A DNA stretch of 64,000 nucleotides. Source: Promethearchaeota archaeon (GTDB taxonomy: Archaea > Asgardarchaeota > Lokiarchaeia > Sigyniarchaeales > SOKP01). Location: positions 1 to 64,000 of the forward strand of contig JAHPZA010000001.1 in assembly GCA_019058445.1 (NCBI GenBank), given 5' to 3'. Under the pieces are notes generated by a model. It did not search any database, was not told the origin of the DNA, and saw nothing but the letters and a program-made list of their open reading frames with translations. A program made the translations under genes and the position numbers. Within the stretch, counting starts at the first letter, position 1; every line of letters starts with the position of its first letter. Below are positions 11,877 through 22,566 of this stretch, one piece after another.

Positions 11877-12824
11877 ATGGCATCATTAAAGAAAGTAATG
11901 GAAGATGAAATAGCCTGCAAAGAGTGGTTTTTACCTGGTAATGCTTGTTGCGCCGGATGCGGTCTTGAAGTTGCCCTTCGATGGGCTATGAAAGCTTTAG
12001 GACCAGAAGTCGCGATGGTTACTCCGGCCAGTTGTTTGAACGTGGTAATAGGATTATGGCCGAAAACTGCTCCAGACTTTCCTCAATTTAATATGGCATT
12101 TGCTGCAGGAGCAGCCGTGGCAACCGGTTTTGATGCTGCATTTAAAGCAAAGGCACATAAATTCCCAGGGAAAGGTTGGGATAAGATGACTTCAATTTGT
12201 TTTGCTGGAGATGGAGGTACTACAGATATAGGGATACAAGGACTCTCTGGAGCTGCAGAGCGTAATAGTGATATAATCTATGTATGTTACGATAATGAAG
12301 CATATATGAATACGGGGATCCAAAGATCATCAAGTACTCCTCACGGTGCGGTGACTACGACAACAACTTTTGGGAAGGAAAGATATAAAAAGAATCTACC
12401 CGCCATAATGAGAGCTCATGATATTCCTTATGTAGCAACCTGCAGTATCAGTGAACCTTTAGATATTTACGAAAAATTTAAAAAAGCAAAATCTATTAGA
12501 GGTACTAAGTATATCCATATTTTAGCACCTTGTGCTCCTGGGTGGGGTTTTCCTTCAGAGGATACCATTGAAATCGCAAGAATGGCAGTAAAAACCGGAT
12601 TTTGGATACTCTATGAAGTTGAAAATGGTGTGTTAACATTGTCCAAAAAGAGTAAAACTCTGTTGGATCCATCAAAAAGAGTGCCAATTATTGAATATGT
12701 TGCTAATCAAAAACGATTTGCAGGGATTTCTGAAAAAACTTTAATAGAACTTCAAGAACAAATTGACCAAGATTGGGAAAACATCAGTAAAGAAATATTT
12801 TGTCAACAAGAATATTCAAAATAA
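11877..12824 (+). CDS. porB: Pyruvate/2-oxoacid:ferredoxin oxidoreductase beta subunit
   Basis: CAGCG, GDGGTTDIG...YDNEAYMNTGIQRS TPP-binding motif, APC.PGW. Confidence 0.92.
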   Translation: MASLKKVMEDEIACKEWFLPGNACCAGCGLEVALRWAMKALGPEVAMVTPASCLNVVIGLWPKTAPDFPQFNMAFAAGAAVATGFDAAFKAKAHKFPGKGWDKMTSICFAGDGGTTDIGIQGLSGAAERNSDIIYVCYDNEAYMNTGIQRSSSTPHGAVTTTTTFGKERYKKNLPAIMRAHDIPYVATCSISEPLDIYEKFKKAKSIRGTKYIHILAPCAPGWGFPSEDTIEIARMAVKTGFWILYEVENGVLTLSKKSKTLLDPSKRVPIIEYVANQKRFAGISEKTLIELQEQIDQDWENISKEIFCQQEYSK

Positions 12825-12893
12825 TTTAGGAAGTAATATTTTTTTATATCTTTTTAATTTTATATTATATTTATTCTCAAAAAATGAACTTAC

Positions 12894-13547
12894 ATGGGCT
12901 TTTTAGTTAAACTATCCGGAAATTTAGATATGGATACGGAAATGTTCCTTGAGACCGCGGTAGAGTGGATAATGGAAGGCAAATTAATAGGCTTCCCCAC
13001 CAATTCCGTATATGGATTAGGGGGAGACCCTTTAAATCTTAACTTAGTAGAAAGATTATATAATATAAAATTCCGTGAACGCTCGAAGGGTTTTTTATTA
13101 TTAGTAGCTGGTTTTGAAGAAGCATCTAAAATAGCAGAATTTAACAGTACCGCTAAAAAATTAGCGAATCATTTTTGGCCAGGTCAATTGACATTGATCT
13201 TAAAAAGAAAAGAGCCAAACATAATTCCTTTAGAGGTAACTGCATTCCAAGATACTATAGGGCTAAGAGTGCCGGAAAATAAAGTTTTATTGAAGATATT
13301 AGAGATTTTGAAACAAAAAGGGCAATTTGGAGGGATTATAGGAACTTCAGCGAATTATTCTGGCGAACCTCCTTCTATAAGCGGTGCTGAAGTTGCAAAA
13401 AAATTTCTCGGGACTATAGATTATATTATCGATTCTGGAAATTCACAATCTCAGATTCCTACTACAATTGTAGATTGCACATCTGAAGAGTTGAAATTTT
13501 TGCGAATTGGAAAAATTACTGAAGAAGAAATTATAAGTGTTTTATGA
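12894..13547 (+). CDS. Threonylcarbamoyl-AMP synthase (TsaC/YrdC-type, no SUA5 C-domain)
   Basis: FPT.SVYGLG, K.R, FWPGQLT, GLRVP, TSAN.SG, PTTIVD. Confidence 0.9.
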   Translation: MGFLVKLSGNLDMDTEMFLETAVEWIMEGKLIGFPTNSVYGLGGDPLNLNLVERLYNIKFRERSKGFLLLVAGFEEASKIAEFNSTAKKLANHFWPGQLTLILKRKEPNIIPLEVTAFQDTIGLRVPENKVLLKILEILKQKGQFGGIIGTSANYSGEPPSISGAEVAKKFLGTIDYIIDSGNSQSQIPTTIVDCTSEELKFLRIGKITEEEIISVL

Positions 13548-13574
13548 GATATTAGATTTATCACATTTTATTAG

Positions 13575-14105
13575 GTGAGAGAAGCGAAAAACTTCAATTT
13601 ATTAGTATCGACATCAAGATATAATGAAACTAATGCAAGAGCCGAGTTATGGTTTACTTTATTTATAACAGGGGATTCATATCCGATAATTTCAAATTTA
13701 GAATTTTTAGGGTTATTAACAGCTTTATCTAATATCAATGCAAAAAATGTAATTACCAAAATTAAAGAAATTCTAAAAAGAGATCCTAATTTCTTTAAAT
13801 TTATTCTCAAAATTGTACCTATTGATTATGTTTGTGAAACAAATCTAAAAATTATTAGCCAGATTGTGGAGCGCCATTATAATCAGTTTATTGACAAAAC
13901 TGACACATTTAAAATTGATTTAAAGCGTAGAAATAATGATGTTATAGACAGAGACCGCCTTATTGAATATGTTGCGAAAAATATTAAGAATCAAGTGGAT
14001 CTTGAAAATCCGGACAAAATAATACGTATTGAACTTTTAGGCAATTCTTGTGGTATAGCTTTTCTTAGACCTGATGAGATTCTTAGATTAAAAAGTAAGA
14101 ATTAA
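13575..14105 (+). CDS. THUMP-domain RNA-binding protein (Tan1-like)
   Basis: FNLLVST, KIVPID, FKIDLKRR, VDLENPD.IIRIE. Confidence 0.85.
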   Translation: MREAKNFNLLVSTSRYNETNARAELWFTLFITGDSYPIISNLEFLGLLTALSNINAKNVITKIKEILKRDPNFFKFILKIVPIDYVCETNLKIISQIVERHYNQFIDKTDTFKIDLKRRNNDVIDRDRLIEYVAKNIKNQVDLENPDKIIRIELLGNSCGIAFLRPDEILRLKSKN

Positions 14106-14110
14106 ATCGG

Positions 14111-14800
14111 TTAATCTAATTTGATTTTTTCCAAACTAAGTAAGGCCATTTTTTCACAAATTAAATCATTTAAAGCAACATAGAGATCTCCTAGTTCATA
14201 GCTCAAGAGAAGGTTATTCTCACTACTTATTTCATAAGATTTTAAAACAGTTATAATTTGGTGATCTGTTAGCTCAAAAAAGTTTTGAATTTTGTTAAAT
14301 TTATCAAGTGATCTTACGTTCAGATTGAGATCTACCTCTTTAGCTTGAAGAATACGGATAATTTCTTTATTTATTTTATCTACATTATTCTCAGGTGTAA
14401 TGATACAATAGAGTACTTCTCCTTTTTTCACTTCTTCATCTTTTATACCAAATGCTTCAATACCAATTTTTATCTGTCGATTTGTAGCCATATAAAGTAA
14501 AAACTCGATATTTTTTTTATTTGAGATATTTAGATCATTACGAAATACTTTTTCCATAAAATAAGCAGCATTAAAAATATGATGTTGGTCTAAAACATAC
14601 TCTTGAGAAAAAAATTGAATAGTAGACTCTTTAAAGGTATCTTGAACTTTTTCAACTACCTCGAAAATTACATCTAATACTTGAACTTTATTTTCTGATT
14701 TCCGTTCATTTATTAATCTAGCTGCTTCAATAGATATTTGATTAATTCCTATAAAATACTTCAAATTTAAGTCTGTTATATTAAATTCTTTAACAATCAT
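14111..14800 (-). CDS. cgi121: KEOPS complex subunit Cgi121
   Basis: H...A, N.S....EFLLY....RQI..GI..FG, EKMAL at C-terminus. Confidence 0.85.
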   Translation of the reverse strand: MIVKEFNITDLNLKYFIGINQISIEAARLINERKSENKVQVLDVIFEVVEKVQDTFKESTIQFFSQEYVLDQHHIFNAAYFMEKVFRNDLNISNKKNIEFLLYMATNRQIKIGIEAFGIKDEEVKKGEVLYCIITPENNVDKINKEIIRILQAKEVDLNLNVRSLDKFNKIQNFFELTDHQIITVLKSYEISSENNLLLSYELGDLYVALNDLICEKMALLSLEKIKLD

Positions 14801-14833
14801 TTTAATTATTCTTTAGATATAATTATAAGAAAG

Positions 14834-15352
14834 TTATTGTAGCTTTAATTTTATGTGATGTTTTTTTTGAAAATCCAGAATTTTTTGCCTATATTTTTTA
14901 GTATATTGATTGCTTGGGGTATGTCCACATTTTCTGCATTTATCGTCGTAAGATGAGTTGATACTTCCGCAATTGGGACACGAATAATAATTTATCATCT
15001 CTATTATCCATTTTTTATATCCTAATTTTACAATTTGAGCTTGAAAATTCCACAAATCAAATCTATGAGCAGCACCAGCCTGAAATTTTTTTATTTCAGT
15101 ACATGGAAATTCAGCACATTCCCCACAAAAATCTATTCCCTTTTTTTGAGCGCAGGAATAAAGCTTGCATGAATCACAATAAGCAACTCGAGTATTTGAA
15201 CGGCAGCCTAAACACCTCATATCTTCAACTGGTGTATTAAATAAACTTGCCAATCTTTCGAGCCTTTTAGGATCTTCAGTGGTACCAATAAAGATAGTAC
15301 AGCTTGGGCAAAACAGACCGCAAACTGCCGCATGCTGTTTAGTATAATTCAT
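14834..15352 (-). CDS. DUF3795-like Cys-rich protein
   Basis: CGLFCPSC, CLGCR, C...KGIDFCGECAEFPC, plus a C-terminal Zn ribbon. Confidence 0.75.
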   Translation of the reverse strand: MNYTKQHAAVCGLFCPSCTIFIGTTEDPKRLERLASLFNTPVEDMRCLGCRSNTRVAYCDSCKLYSCAQKKGIDFCGECAEFPCTEIKKFQAGAAHRFDLWNFQAQIVKLGYKKWIIEMINYYSCPNCGSINSSYDDKCRKCGHTPSNQYTKKYRQKILDFQKKHHIKLKLQ

Positions 15353-15461
15353 AAATAAATTTTCTCCTTTTTAGTATTAATTCATTTTCAAATACTAAAA
15401 CTTTAGTTACAATAATTCATTAAAATTGCAATTTTTATGTTGAATGTTTTAGAATATAGTT

Positions 15462-16229
15462 TTAAACAGGTAAACTCCAAAGTAGCCAATCAGGCATGAT
15501 TGTAAATTGAATTCGCACATAAATTACCATAAGAAAGAAACAAAATAGAAAAAATGTAAAAATCCAATCTTTAAAGGTATATTTAATAGTATAGTAATAA
15601 GTGCGTTCATTAAGGCTCCCGAAAGCTCTCGACTCGAGGGCTTCAGCTACATTAAAGGCTCTTTTAATTGAACATATAATCAAAGGTACTAATAATGGGA
15701 AAAGATTTTTTATTTGATTTATCAATCCACTGGTTTTCATTTCATATCCTCTACTCTGTTGAGCATCCATAATATTTTGAGCTTCAATTGCTATGGTGGG
15801 TACAAATCTAAAAGCTAACGAAAAGGAGAAAGCATATGGATATGGTACTTTCATTGAGATTAAGGATAATGCTAAATCATTAGGATGCACAGTTAAAAAA
15901 AATATTGAAAACGCAGTAATCATAATGCTTATTCTGATTATCATAGCTACCGCATACCCTAAAGAAATAAATATGGTATTTAGTACGATGATCATTAATA
16001 CTAAAAATGAAAGCCCCCGGATACTTCTCATCCACTCTTTAACCATCTTCCCTAATAAAATCATAGGAATCAAGGTTAAAAAAATCAGAAATAAGGGTAC
16101 TATTTCTGTAAACATAAGTGCTGAAATGCTATAAATTATGGAAAACAATAACTTGGCTCTTGGATCTAAATTATGCACAAAGGTATTTTTCTTTTGGAAT
16201 TTAAAGGCGTTTAGAAATTCAAGAGACAC
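15462..16229 (-). CDS. ecfT: ECF transporter transmembrane component
   Basis: LDPRAK, RFVP, AQQSRG, ALESRAF motifs. Confidence 0.92.
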   Translation of the reverse strand: MSLEFLNAFKFQKKNTFVHNLDPRAKLLFSIIYSISALMFTEIVPLFLIFLTLIPMILLGKMVKEWMRSIRGLSFLVLMIIVLNTIFISLGYAVAMIIRISIMITAFSIFFLTVHPNDLALSLISMKVPYPYAFSFSLAFRFVPTIAIEAQNIMDAQQSRGYEMKTSGLINQIKNLFPLLVPLIICSIKRAFNVAEALESRAFGSLNERTYYYTIKYTFKDWIFTFFLFCFFLMVIYVRIQFTIMPDWLLWSLPV

Positions 16230-17098
16230 TAGGTATTTCCACCTCCCACTACATTGGATTTATTTTTTATATAATCCGCAAGAAATTCAGTCATTTTTTC
16301 CTTAGAATAGGTATTATTTGGGCATGGAATTCCTATTTCATTAAGTGCGGTAGTAAATTGACTAATTTGGGGTAAAATTAACGCAGATTTTTTAACTAAA
16401 AACTCATTGGTTATGAGCTTTTTCGTTGGACCATCAGCAATAATTTTTCCATCCGCCATTAAAATCGTTCGGGGGATATATTCCATCGCAAATTCTATAT
16501 TATGTGTTATGATAATAATGGTTTTTCCATTATTCATCTCGTTTTTTATCAATTCGATAAAGAATCTGATTTCTTTCGCATCTTGTCCTAAAGTGGGCTC
16601 ATCAAACACGAGTATATCCGGATCTCTACAAAATATTGACGCTACAGCTAATTTTTTTGTTTCTCCTCCTGAAAGATTCAAAGGTGAGCGCTCCCTGTAT
16701 TTATCTAAATCAAATTTTTTTAAAATTTCATCCGTTTTAGTTTGAGTTTCTTGTTTGCTAAGATTGAGACTTTTTAATGAATATTTAATTTCTTCTTCCA
16801 CAGTGTTGGAAAACACTTGATGTTGAGGATTTTGAAAAATTATACCCACTTTTTGAGAGAGGGTACCTGTTGTTTTGGATTTAATATTTTCCCCATTTAT
16901 ATAAACATTACCGTTTGTTGGCCGTATTAGACCGTTAAACGTTCTAATTAATGTAGTTTTACCCGCCCCATTTTTACCCATAATCCCTACTAGTTCCCCT
17001 TTGTAAATTTTTAAATTGATTTTTCTTAGCGCAACAGTACCATTAAGATATTTATAATCTACATCGTGCACTACAATTAAAGGGTAATTTTGGGACAT
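16229..17098 (-). CDS. ecfA: ECF transporter ATPase
   Basis: GKNGAGKT, FQNPQHQ, LSGGE, FDEPT.GQD, ITH. Confidence 0.92.
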   Translation of the reverse strand: MSQNYPLIVVHDVDYKYLNGTVALRKINLKIYKGELVGIMGKNGAGKTTLIRTFNGLIRPTNGNVYINGENIKSKTTGTLSQKVGIIFQNPQHQVFSNTVEEEIKYSLKSLNLSKQETQTKTDEILKKFDLDKYRERSPLNLSGGETKKLAVASIFCRDPDILVFDEPTLGQDAKEIRFFIELIKNEMNNGKTIIIITHNIEFAMEYIPRTILMADGKIIADGPTKKLITNEFLVKKSALILPQISQFTTALNEIGIPCPNNTYSKEKMTEFLADYIKNKSNVVGGGNT

Positions 17099-17117
17099 AT
17101 TCTCTCATTTTTTAAGT

Positions 17118-17963
17118 TTATTTTTGAAAATACCTTATCGCGTCATCAATAGAAGCGGGAATATTCTCCTTGAACAAATTTTTACTTTTTAATTTAGAAT
17201 ATACAGAATAAATGACAGGCTTATTAATGTTTAAATTCTGGAAGTTTTCACTATTTAGTACCTCGTCGCGTTTTCCATGTTCAAGGATTCTTGCGTTATC
17301 TAATAATACTATCTCGTTTGCATAAGGAACTACTAAATCCATTCTATGCTCACTAATTATAATCGTCATGTTTTTTTCTGTCTGGATTTTTTTCAAAAGT
17401 TTAATTATTTTTTCAGCCATACTTGGATCGAGCAAAGCAGTGGGCTCATCTAACACTAATACTCTTGGTTCCAACACTAAAATTGAAGCAATGGCAACAC
17501 GTTGTTGCTCTCCACCACTCAGCTCAAATGGAGCCTTATCGACTAAATGTTCAATTTCAGTTAGTTTAATAACGTCTTTAATTCTCCTCTCCATTTCTTC
17601 ACGGGAAACTCCAAGATTTTCCATACCAAAAGCAATTTCATGCTCTACGTTCATTGATATTAATTGATTCTCAGGATTTTGGAAGACAATGCCAATTTCT
17701 GTAGATAACTCAGCAATAGGGATTTCAGCGGTATCTTTTCCTAGAACCTCAACATACCCTCTATAGAATCCAGGATAAAATTGTGGTATTAATCCATTCA
17801 TACAACGAATCAAGGTCGTTTTTCCTGAACCAGTTTGACCACATAATAAAATAAATTTGTTTTCGTCGATCTTCAGATTTATTTCATTTAATTGATATTC
17901 CTTATTTTTTTTATACCGAAAATAAAAATTATGAAATTCAATTAAATGCATAACAAACGCCAA
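17118..17963 (-). CDS. ecfA: ECF transporter ATPase (second copy)
   Basis: GQTGSGKT, FQNPENQ, LSGGEQQR, LDEPT, SEH. Confidence 0.92.
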   Translation of the reverse strand: MAFVMHLIEFHNFYFRYKKNKEYQLNEINLKIDENKFILLCGQTGSGKTTLIRCMNGLIPQFYPGFYRGYVEVLGKDTAEIPIAELSTEIGIVFQNPENQLISMNVEHEIAFGMENLGVSREEMERRIKDVIKLTEIEHLVDKAPFELSGGEQQRVAIASILVLEPRVLVLDEPTALLDPSMAEKIIKLLKKIQTEKNMTIIISEHRMDLVVPYANEIVLLDNARILEHGKRDEVLNSENFQNLNINKPVIYSVYSKLKSKNLFKENIPASIDDAIRYFQK

Positions 17964-17992
17964 TCAATAATATTGTTTTATAAAAATTTTTA

Positions 17993-19012
17993 CTAATTTA
18001 AAATTTGTTTTATTTTCTCAATGATTTTGTTTAGAACCTTTTTTAACTCATTGGCTCCATTTAAAGAGGCTGCACCATCATGACCACCACCACTTCCCTC
18101 ATACTCCTCAGCAACTTCTTTTAAAATCTTTCCTAAATGCAAACCTGTTTTTAAACAAACACTTTTTTTTGCTCTGGTACTAATTCGAAATGTCCTCTTT
18201 TTTTCCGAATATACGATGCTCACATCTAAGCCTAAATTAATCAATAAAGATGCAACACCTGCTTCAAAACTACTTACGTGTGTCGTTCCTATCAACCAAT
18301 CCTTTGAACGGATTAGTTTGAGTCGCTGTAATGCTTTTATTCTTGCAATTTTTTCAGAGATCTCTTGTTCAAACTCAAGTGTTGAAAGAATTTCTTGCAA
18401 ATCTAACTTTTCATCTAATAATCTCGATATCCGCATTATAGTATCATTATTGCCATATTTGAAAAATCCAGAATCAGTCAAAATTGCTGAGATTAATAGA
18501 AATTTATATGGAAGTTCCAATGCAAAATTAAAGAATTCACACATATCATATATTATTTCAGAAGTAGAAGAGATTTCGTCATTTATGATATTTAAGGAAG
18601 TGAGATTATTTTTGTAATCGTTTTTAAGATTTAAATGATGATCAATGAAAATGAAAGGAATCTGGGCACTTGTAATATTCAATTTATCAAAAACACTTAC
18701 TTGCGCCAAGTTATTTGTATCTAGAATAAAAATTAAATCTAATTTTGAAATATCCACATTCTCATTAAAAGAAAAATCTAGTTCTCTAAATTTTTGTGAA
18801 ACCTTTTGTAAATATTCTCTTGTAGTTTTGGAGAATTCTGATAAATATAAAGTAGTTTTAGTGTTAAAATAATTAGTGAAAAAAATTTTTAAAATATAAC
18901 AAGAAACAAACCCATCGAGATCTACAGACTCGTGAGTTGTTATTAAAACACTTTTTCCTTTTAAGTATGCTTTTAAATCTTCAAACTTAGAGGTTAACAT
19001 ACAATTAAGCAC
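17993..19012 (-). CDS. DHH/DHHA1 phosphoesterase
   Basis: H.SVDLD, IDHH, TDSG.F, GGGH..AA; usual member of the exosome superoperon. Confidence 0.9.
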   Translation of the reverse strand: MLNCMLTSKFEDLKAYLKGKSVLITTHESVDLDGFVSCYILKIFFTNYFNTKTTLYLSEFSKTTREYLQKVSQKFRELDFSFNENVDISKLDLIFILDTNNLAQVSVFDKLNITSAQIPFIFIDHHLNLKNDYKNNLTSLNIINDEISSTSEIIYDMCEFFNFALELPYKFLLISAILTDSGFFKYGNNDTIMRISRLLDEKLDLQEILSTLEFEQEISEKIARIKALQRLKLIRSKDWLIGTTHVSSFEAGVASLLINLGLDVSIVYSEKKRTFRISTRAKKSVCLKTGLHLGKILKEVAEEYEGSGGGHDGAASLNGANELKKVLNKIIEKIKQILN

Positions 19013-19367
19013 TTTTACTTTGAAGATCTGCTTGAATTGAATTTCTCATTGTTTCGATTTGACCTTTCGTCCTATCGAGTTTTTGAGCTATTGTTTTGGA
19101 ACGCATCTCTAAGGTAACTTTCAATGATTTTTTTTCATCAAGCAGTTTGTTTTTTTCACTTTTGACTAAAATTCCGCCAATGGATTTATAGACAGTATCA
19201 TCTGGGTTAATTTTTTCGAGCTCTTCAATGGCTAATTCCGTATCTCTTAAGCTTGTTTCAATTTGTAGCTTCTGTTGTGATAAATATTCCATAGTGGTGG
19301 AAAGATTCTGCAAGTTTATAACTTTTTTCCTTACTTCCTCATCAAGACTATTTAAATCTATACTCAT
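19005..19367 (-). CDS. pfdB: Prefoldin beta subunit
   Basis: Coiled coils flanking VYKSIGGILV hairpin; superoperon context. Confidence 0.92.
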   Translation of the reverse strand: MSIDLNSLDEEVRKKVINLQNLSTTMEYLSQQKLQIETSLRDTELAIEELEKINPDDTVYKSIGGILVKSEKNKLLDEKKSLKVTLEMRSKTIAQKLDRTKGQIETMRNSIQADLQSKSA

Positions 19368-19420
19368 AATTCTTCACAGTATTTTGTATAAAAAAGGTAA
19401 TATAAGAAGCTATAAATCTT

Positions 19421-19684
19421 TTACTCGCATAATTTTAAAGTACTTTCTATAATTTTTCCAAAACTAATAATATCACTGATAGAGGCTCTAAAAGCAGTAA
19501 TATCAGCACTTTCAATGGTAAACACTAACACATGCTTCTTTATTTCCATTAAAATTCTGGATCTATGAGATTTTGCCTTTTTTAACTCAGGTAAGAACGA
19601 GTTATAGGCCAAATTACAAGTGTTTGAATCTTTAAAAGTTAGTTCTATTGTGGAATTTATTGAAAAGTAATTAATACTGCTCAT
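19421..19684 (-). CDS. pcc1: KEOPS subunit Pcc1
   Basis: PE...RS, I.S.DITAFRAS; located between rpl37ae and pfdB. Confidence 0.85.
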   Translation of the reverse strand: MSSINYFSINSTIELTFKDSNTCNLAYNSFLPELKKAKSHRSRILMEIKKHVLVFTIESADITAFRASISDIISFGKIIESTLKLCE

Positions 19685-19974
19685 TATTCTTCAATTACTT
19701 CTAATTCACGTTGCTTTCTCTTTGCAATTCGGAAAGATTCTGCGCCTCGCGGAGTCACAATATTATATGCCCCCCCAGTGAATTTAGCATCACATTTTTT
19801 ACAGTGCCAAATCCCAGTTGAGACTCGATACACTGAACCTACAGTTTCGCAACGAGGGCATTTTATTTTCCCCCCCTTCATTCTTTCCATTATTGAAAGA
19901 ACTCTTTTGCGCACGGTCGAACCATATCTTGCTCCGTAACGACCTGTCCAGCCGACTTTTTTAGTCTTTCCCAT
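19684..19974 (-). CDS. rpl37ae: Ribosomal protein eL43 (L37Ae)
   Basis: TKKVG..GRYGARYG, CPRC...GIWHCKKC...GGAY. Confidence 0.95.
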   Translation of the reverse strand: MGKTKKVGWTGRYGARYGSTVRKRVLSIMERMKGGKIKCPRCETVGSVYRVSTGIWHCKKCDAKFTGGAYNIVTPRGAESFRIAKRKQRELEVIEE

Positions 19975-20087
19975 GCTATTACACGTTTTAATTAAAATAT
20001 TAGATATTTCATTAAAAGTATTATAAAATAAAAATTTTCGTGAAAAAAGTTAAAAATAGTAAAAAAACAATGATATAACACAATTTA

Positions 20088-20915
20088 TTATTCAATTTTT
20101 ACCTTGTATTGCCATAAGTCTAATTTATTTCTCAATTCTTTCCCAATTTCGATTGATTTTTTGCCTAACATCTGGATTTCATCCATAGAGAATGTAGCTG
20201 ATCCGCTTTTTTGGATTGACGTTATCTTATCTTCAGTAACTGAAATCGATAATCTACCATCGCAAACTAATTCTTCAGGCAGACAGGGGTCTAAGAAGAC
20301 CATATCTTCTATTTTTCCATAAGTCAAGACTAAAGGCAGTTCATTAACGATATCCTCACCCATTAAATAATTCCCTGTCCATTCTATACCATTTTCAGTA
20401 TATTTTCCTTCAGGAACATGAGCTGAAATCAATGTTGCTAAGGCACTTACACCACCGCAATCAATTAGATTGCCTCCATGATTTATCACATACATATCTA
20501 CAAATAAAATGTAGACTGCCTCTTTTTCCTTAATGCAAAGCTTTTTAGTTTGAACGCAATCAGCATGTCGAATTCCTCGATCTACTACTCGAGCTAACTC
20601 TATCGATTGTTCATCTGGAGGCCCCCTTTCAAATAAAGGGGATGCCAATGGTAATAACTCTGCCATGATGGTACAAACACCTTCATCGGGTAAATCAGGA
20701 AAGGGCTCGCCAATATCGTATTTTAACCCGGTAATTATTCGACTTTCTCCTAGGGATACATCAGCAGAACCTTCCGCAGATGCGACCATATCTGTACTTA
20801 TTTGAAATTCACGAAATTCCCATAAGCCCCTTCCATCAATCCTTTCTTCTTTTTTCAAATTATTAACAATATATTTTCGTTCGATTGTAGAAATTACTCT
20901 TTTAACATCCATCAT
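20088..20915 (-). CDS. rrp42: Exosome subunit Rrp42
   Basis: R.DGR, AEGSA, FERGPP, ELARVVDRGIR, GNL.D, QKSG. Confidence 0.95.
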   Translation of the reverse strand: MMDVKRVISTIERKYIVNNLKKEERIDGRGLWEFREFQISTDMVASAEGSADVSLGESRIITGLKYDIGEPFPDLPDEGVCTIMAELLPLASPLFERGPPDEQSIELARVVDRGIRHADCVQTKKLCIKEKEAVYILFVDMYVINHGGNLIDCGGVSALATLISAHVPEGKYTENGIEWTGNYLMGEDIVNELPLVLTYGKIEDMVFLDPCLPEELVCDGRLSISVTEDKITSIQKSGSATFSMDEIQMLGKKSIEIGKELRNKLDLWQYKVKIE

Positions 20916-20917
20916 AT

Positions 20918-21697
20918 CTATTCATCCCCTCCACTTGTATTTGAAGATTGATTTACACTTTCTTGAATTGAGATATATTTACTTCTTAACGCATCTAACT
21001 GAATTTGATATATTTTTTCGGCAGCTTCCTTTCCAAGCTTTAAGCATGTATCAAATTCATCAGCATCCATAGAACCATCAAATTGCAATAATGAAAGCTC
21101 ATCATTAAACCACGTTATTGCTAAAGGAAGATCAGCATCCCCCGCTTTATCTTCTATACCCGAAAGGTCCACTACAATCTCCCCATCAATTTTACCAACT
21201 GCTACGGCAGTGACTAAGCTTTTCATAGGCACACCAGCATCAGCTAATGCTAAAGACGCAACAGTTGTACTTGCGCACCTAGTTCCTCCATCCGCGTCAA
21301 TAACTTCTATAAATACTTCAAAAGCAGTACCCGGGTAAAGTTCAAGAAATAAAACGGGCTCTATACAATCAGATATAATCATAGAGATCTCTTTTTCACG
21401 ACGCCCTGGGGCAGGTCGTTTTCTATCAAATACAGAATAGGTGGCCATTCTATAAAAAATGCGTAAAACACCACGATCTGGCTTTGCGAGGTGATGAGGA
21501 TGCACTTCTCGAGGTCCGTACACCGCCGCAAATATTTTATTATTACCCCATTCAAGATATGCAGAACCATCTGCGTTTTTTATCACACCCACTTCCATCT
21601 TAAGCGGACGCAATTCAGTCTTCTCACGTCCATCCAGCCTTTTACCATCTTCTCTAAATAGCTTATCTGGATATTCGTCTTTTATTATTAATACCAT
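20918..21697 (-). CDS. rrp41: Exosome subunit Rrp41
   Basis: RLDGR, ADGSAY, VYGPRE, ADGGTRCA, EDK.GDAD. Confidence 0.95.
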   Translation of the reverse strand: MVLIIKDEYPDKLFREDGKRLDGREKTELRPLKMEVGVIKNADGSAYLEWGNNKIFAAVYGPREVHPHHLAKPDRGVLRIFYRMATYSVFDRKRPAPGRREKEISMIISDCIEPVLFLELYPGTAFEVFIEVIDADGGTRCASTTVASLALADAGVPMKSLVTAVAVGKIDGEIVVDLSGIEDKAGDADLPLAITWFNDELSLLQFDGSMDADEFDTCLKLGKEAAEKIYQIQLDALRSKYISIQESVNQSSNTSGGDE

Positions 21698-21699
21698 CT

Positions 21700-22485
21700 T
21701 TATTTAATACCTCTTTTTGTTTTCTCATTTTCTACAAATGCTTGAATTCTATCAGTTAACCCTGATGTATGTGCTTCTCTCTCGATCTTATAAATTGCAT
21801 CAATGAGTAAGCGCTCATATGCGATATTATCACCCCTTAACCATATTCGCCCATTTTGAGTTACAAATATATTGCAATTGGTTAAAGATTTAAGCATCTT
21901 TATCATCGATCCGCTACGTCCAATTACTCGAGGGATTTTGGGGGGATCAATTGAAATAACAATACCCCCATTTTTCTTCCCGAGATACTTACCAACTGTC
22001 GTTAATTCGGGTTTATTTAAGCGATCTGCTGAAAGGACTTTTACTATCAAAATATCACCAATATCAAACGTTTCGGTGTTGGAATCATCTCGTTGATTTC
22101 GTGAAAAATCTTTTCCTCTTCCAAATCGTGGTCTGCCTCTTCTTGCTGTATTCTTTGGTTTCAGTTGAGCATCATCCTTAGCATTTATATCACATCTATA
22201 TTTAACAGGATTTTTATCAACAACTATTGCGATAACTTTATCGCCTGGTTGAGGTGTATAGATTCCTCTAAGTGGAATCACATTAATATAATTCTTGTTT
22301 ATTTGCTTCAATCCAATATGAAGTGAGATGATTTTATCTCTTGTATCATTTAATATTGTCCCCCGTCCTGGTAAGAAATTATTAACATCTTCAGTCAATA
22401 CTTCTCCGGGAACTACGAGTTCTCGGGTTGTTTCCTCATCTTCAAATTCGTCATCCTCTTGGACTTCACTTTCATCTTCTTCCAT
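21700..22485 (-). CDS. rrp4: Exosome RNA-binding subunit Rrp4
   Basis: VVPGE, S1 domain, PRVIGRSGSM KH motif, NGRIW, AHTSGLT. Confidence 0.95.
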   Translation of the reverse strand: MEEDESEVQEDDEFEDEETTRELVVPGEVLTEDVNNFLPGRGTILNDTRDKIISLHIGLKQINKNYINVIPLRGIYTPQPGDKVIAIVVDKNPVKYRCDINAKDDAQLKPKNTARRGRPRFGRGKDFSRNQRDDSNTETFDIGDILIVKVLSADRLNKPELTTVGKYLGKKNGGIVISIDPPKIPRVIGRSGSMIKMLKSLTNCNIFVTQNGRIWLRGDNIAYERLLIDAIYKIEREAHTSGLTDRIQAFVENEKTKRGIK

Positions 22486-22566
22486 TTGTTTTTACTCACT
22501 CTTTTTTTTAATTAACCTAACTTATCAAAAAAATAATGTATTCAGAACAAATTAAAAATGTTTAAG

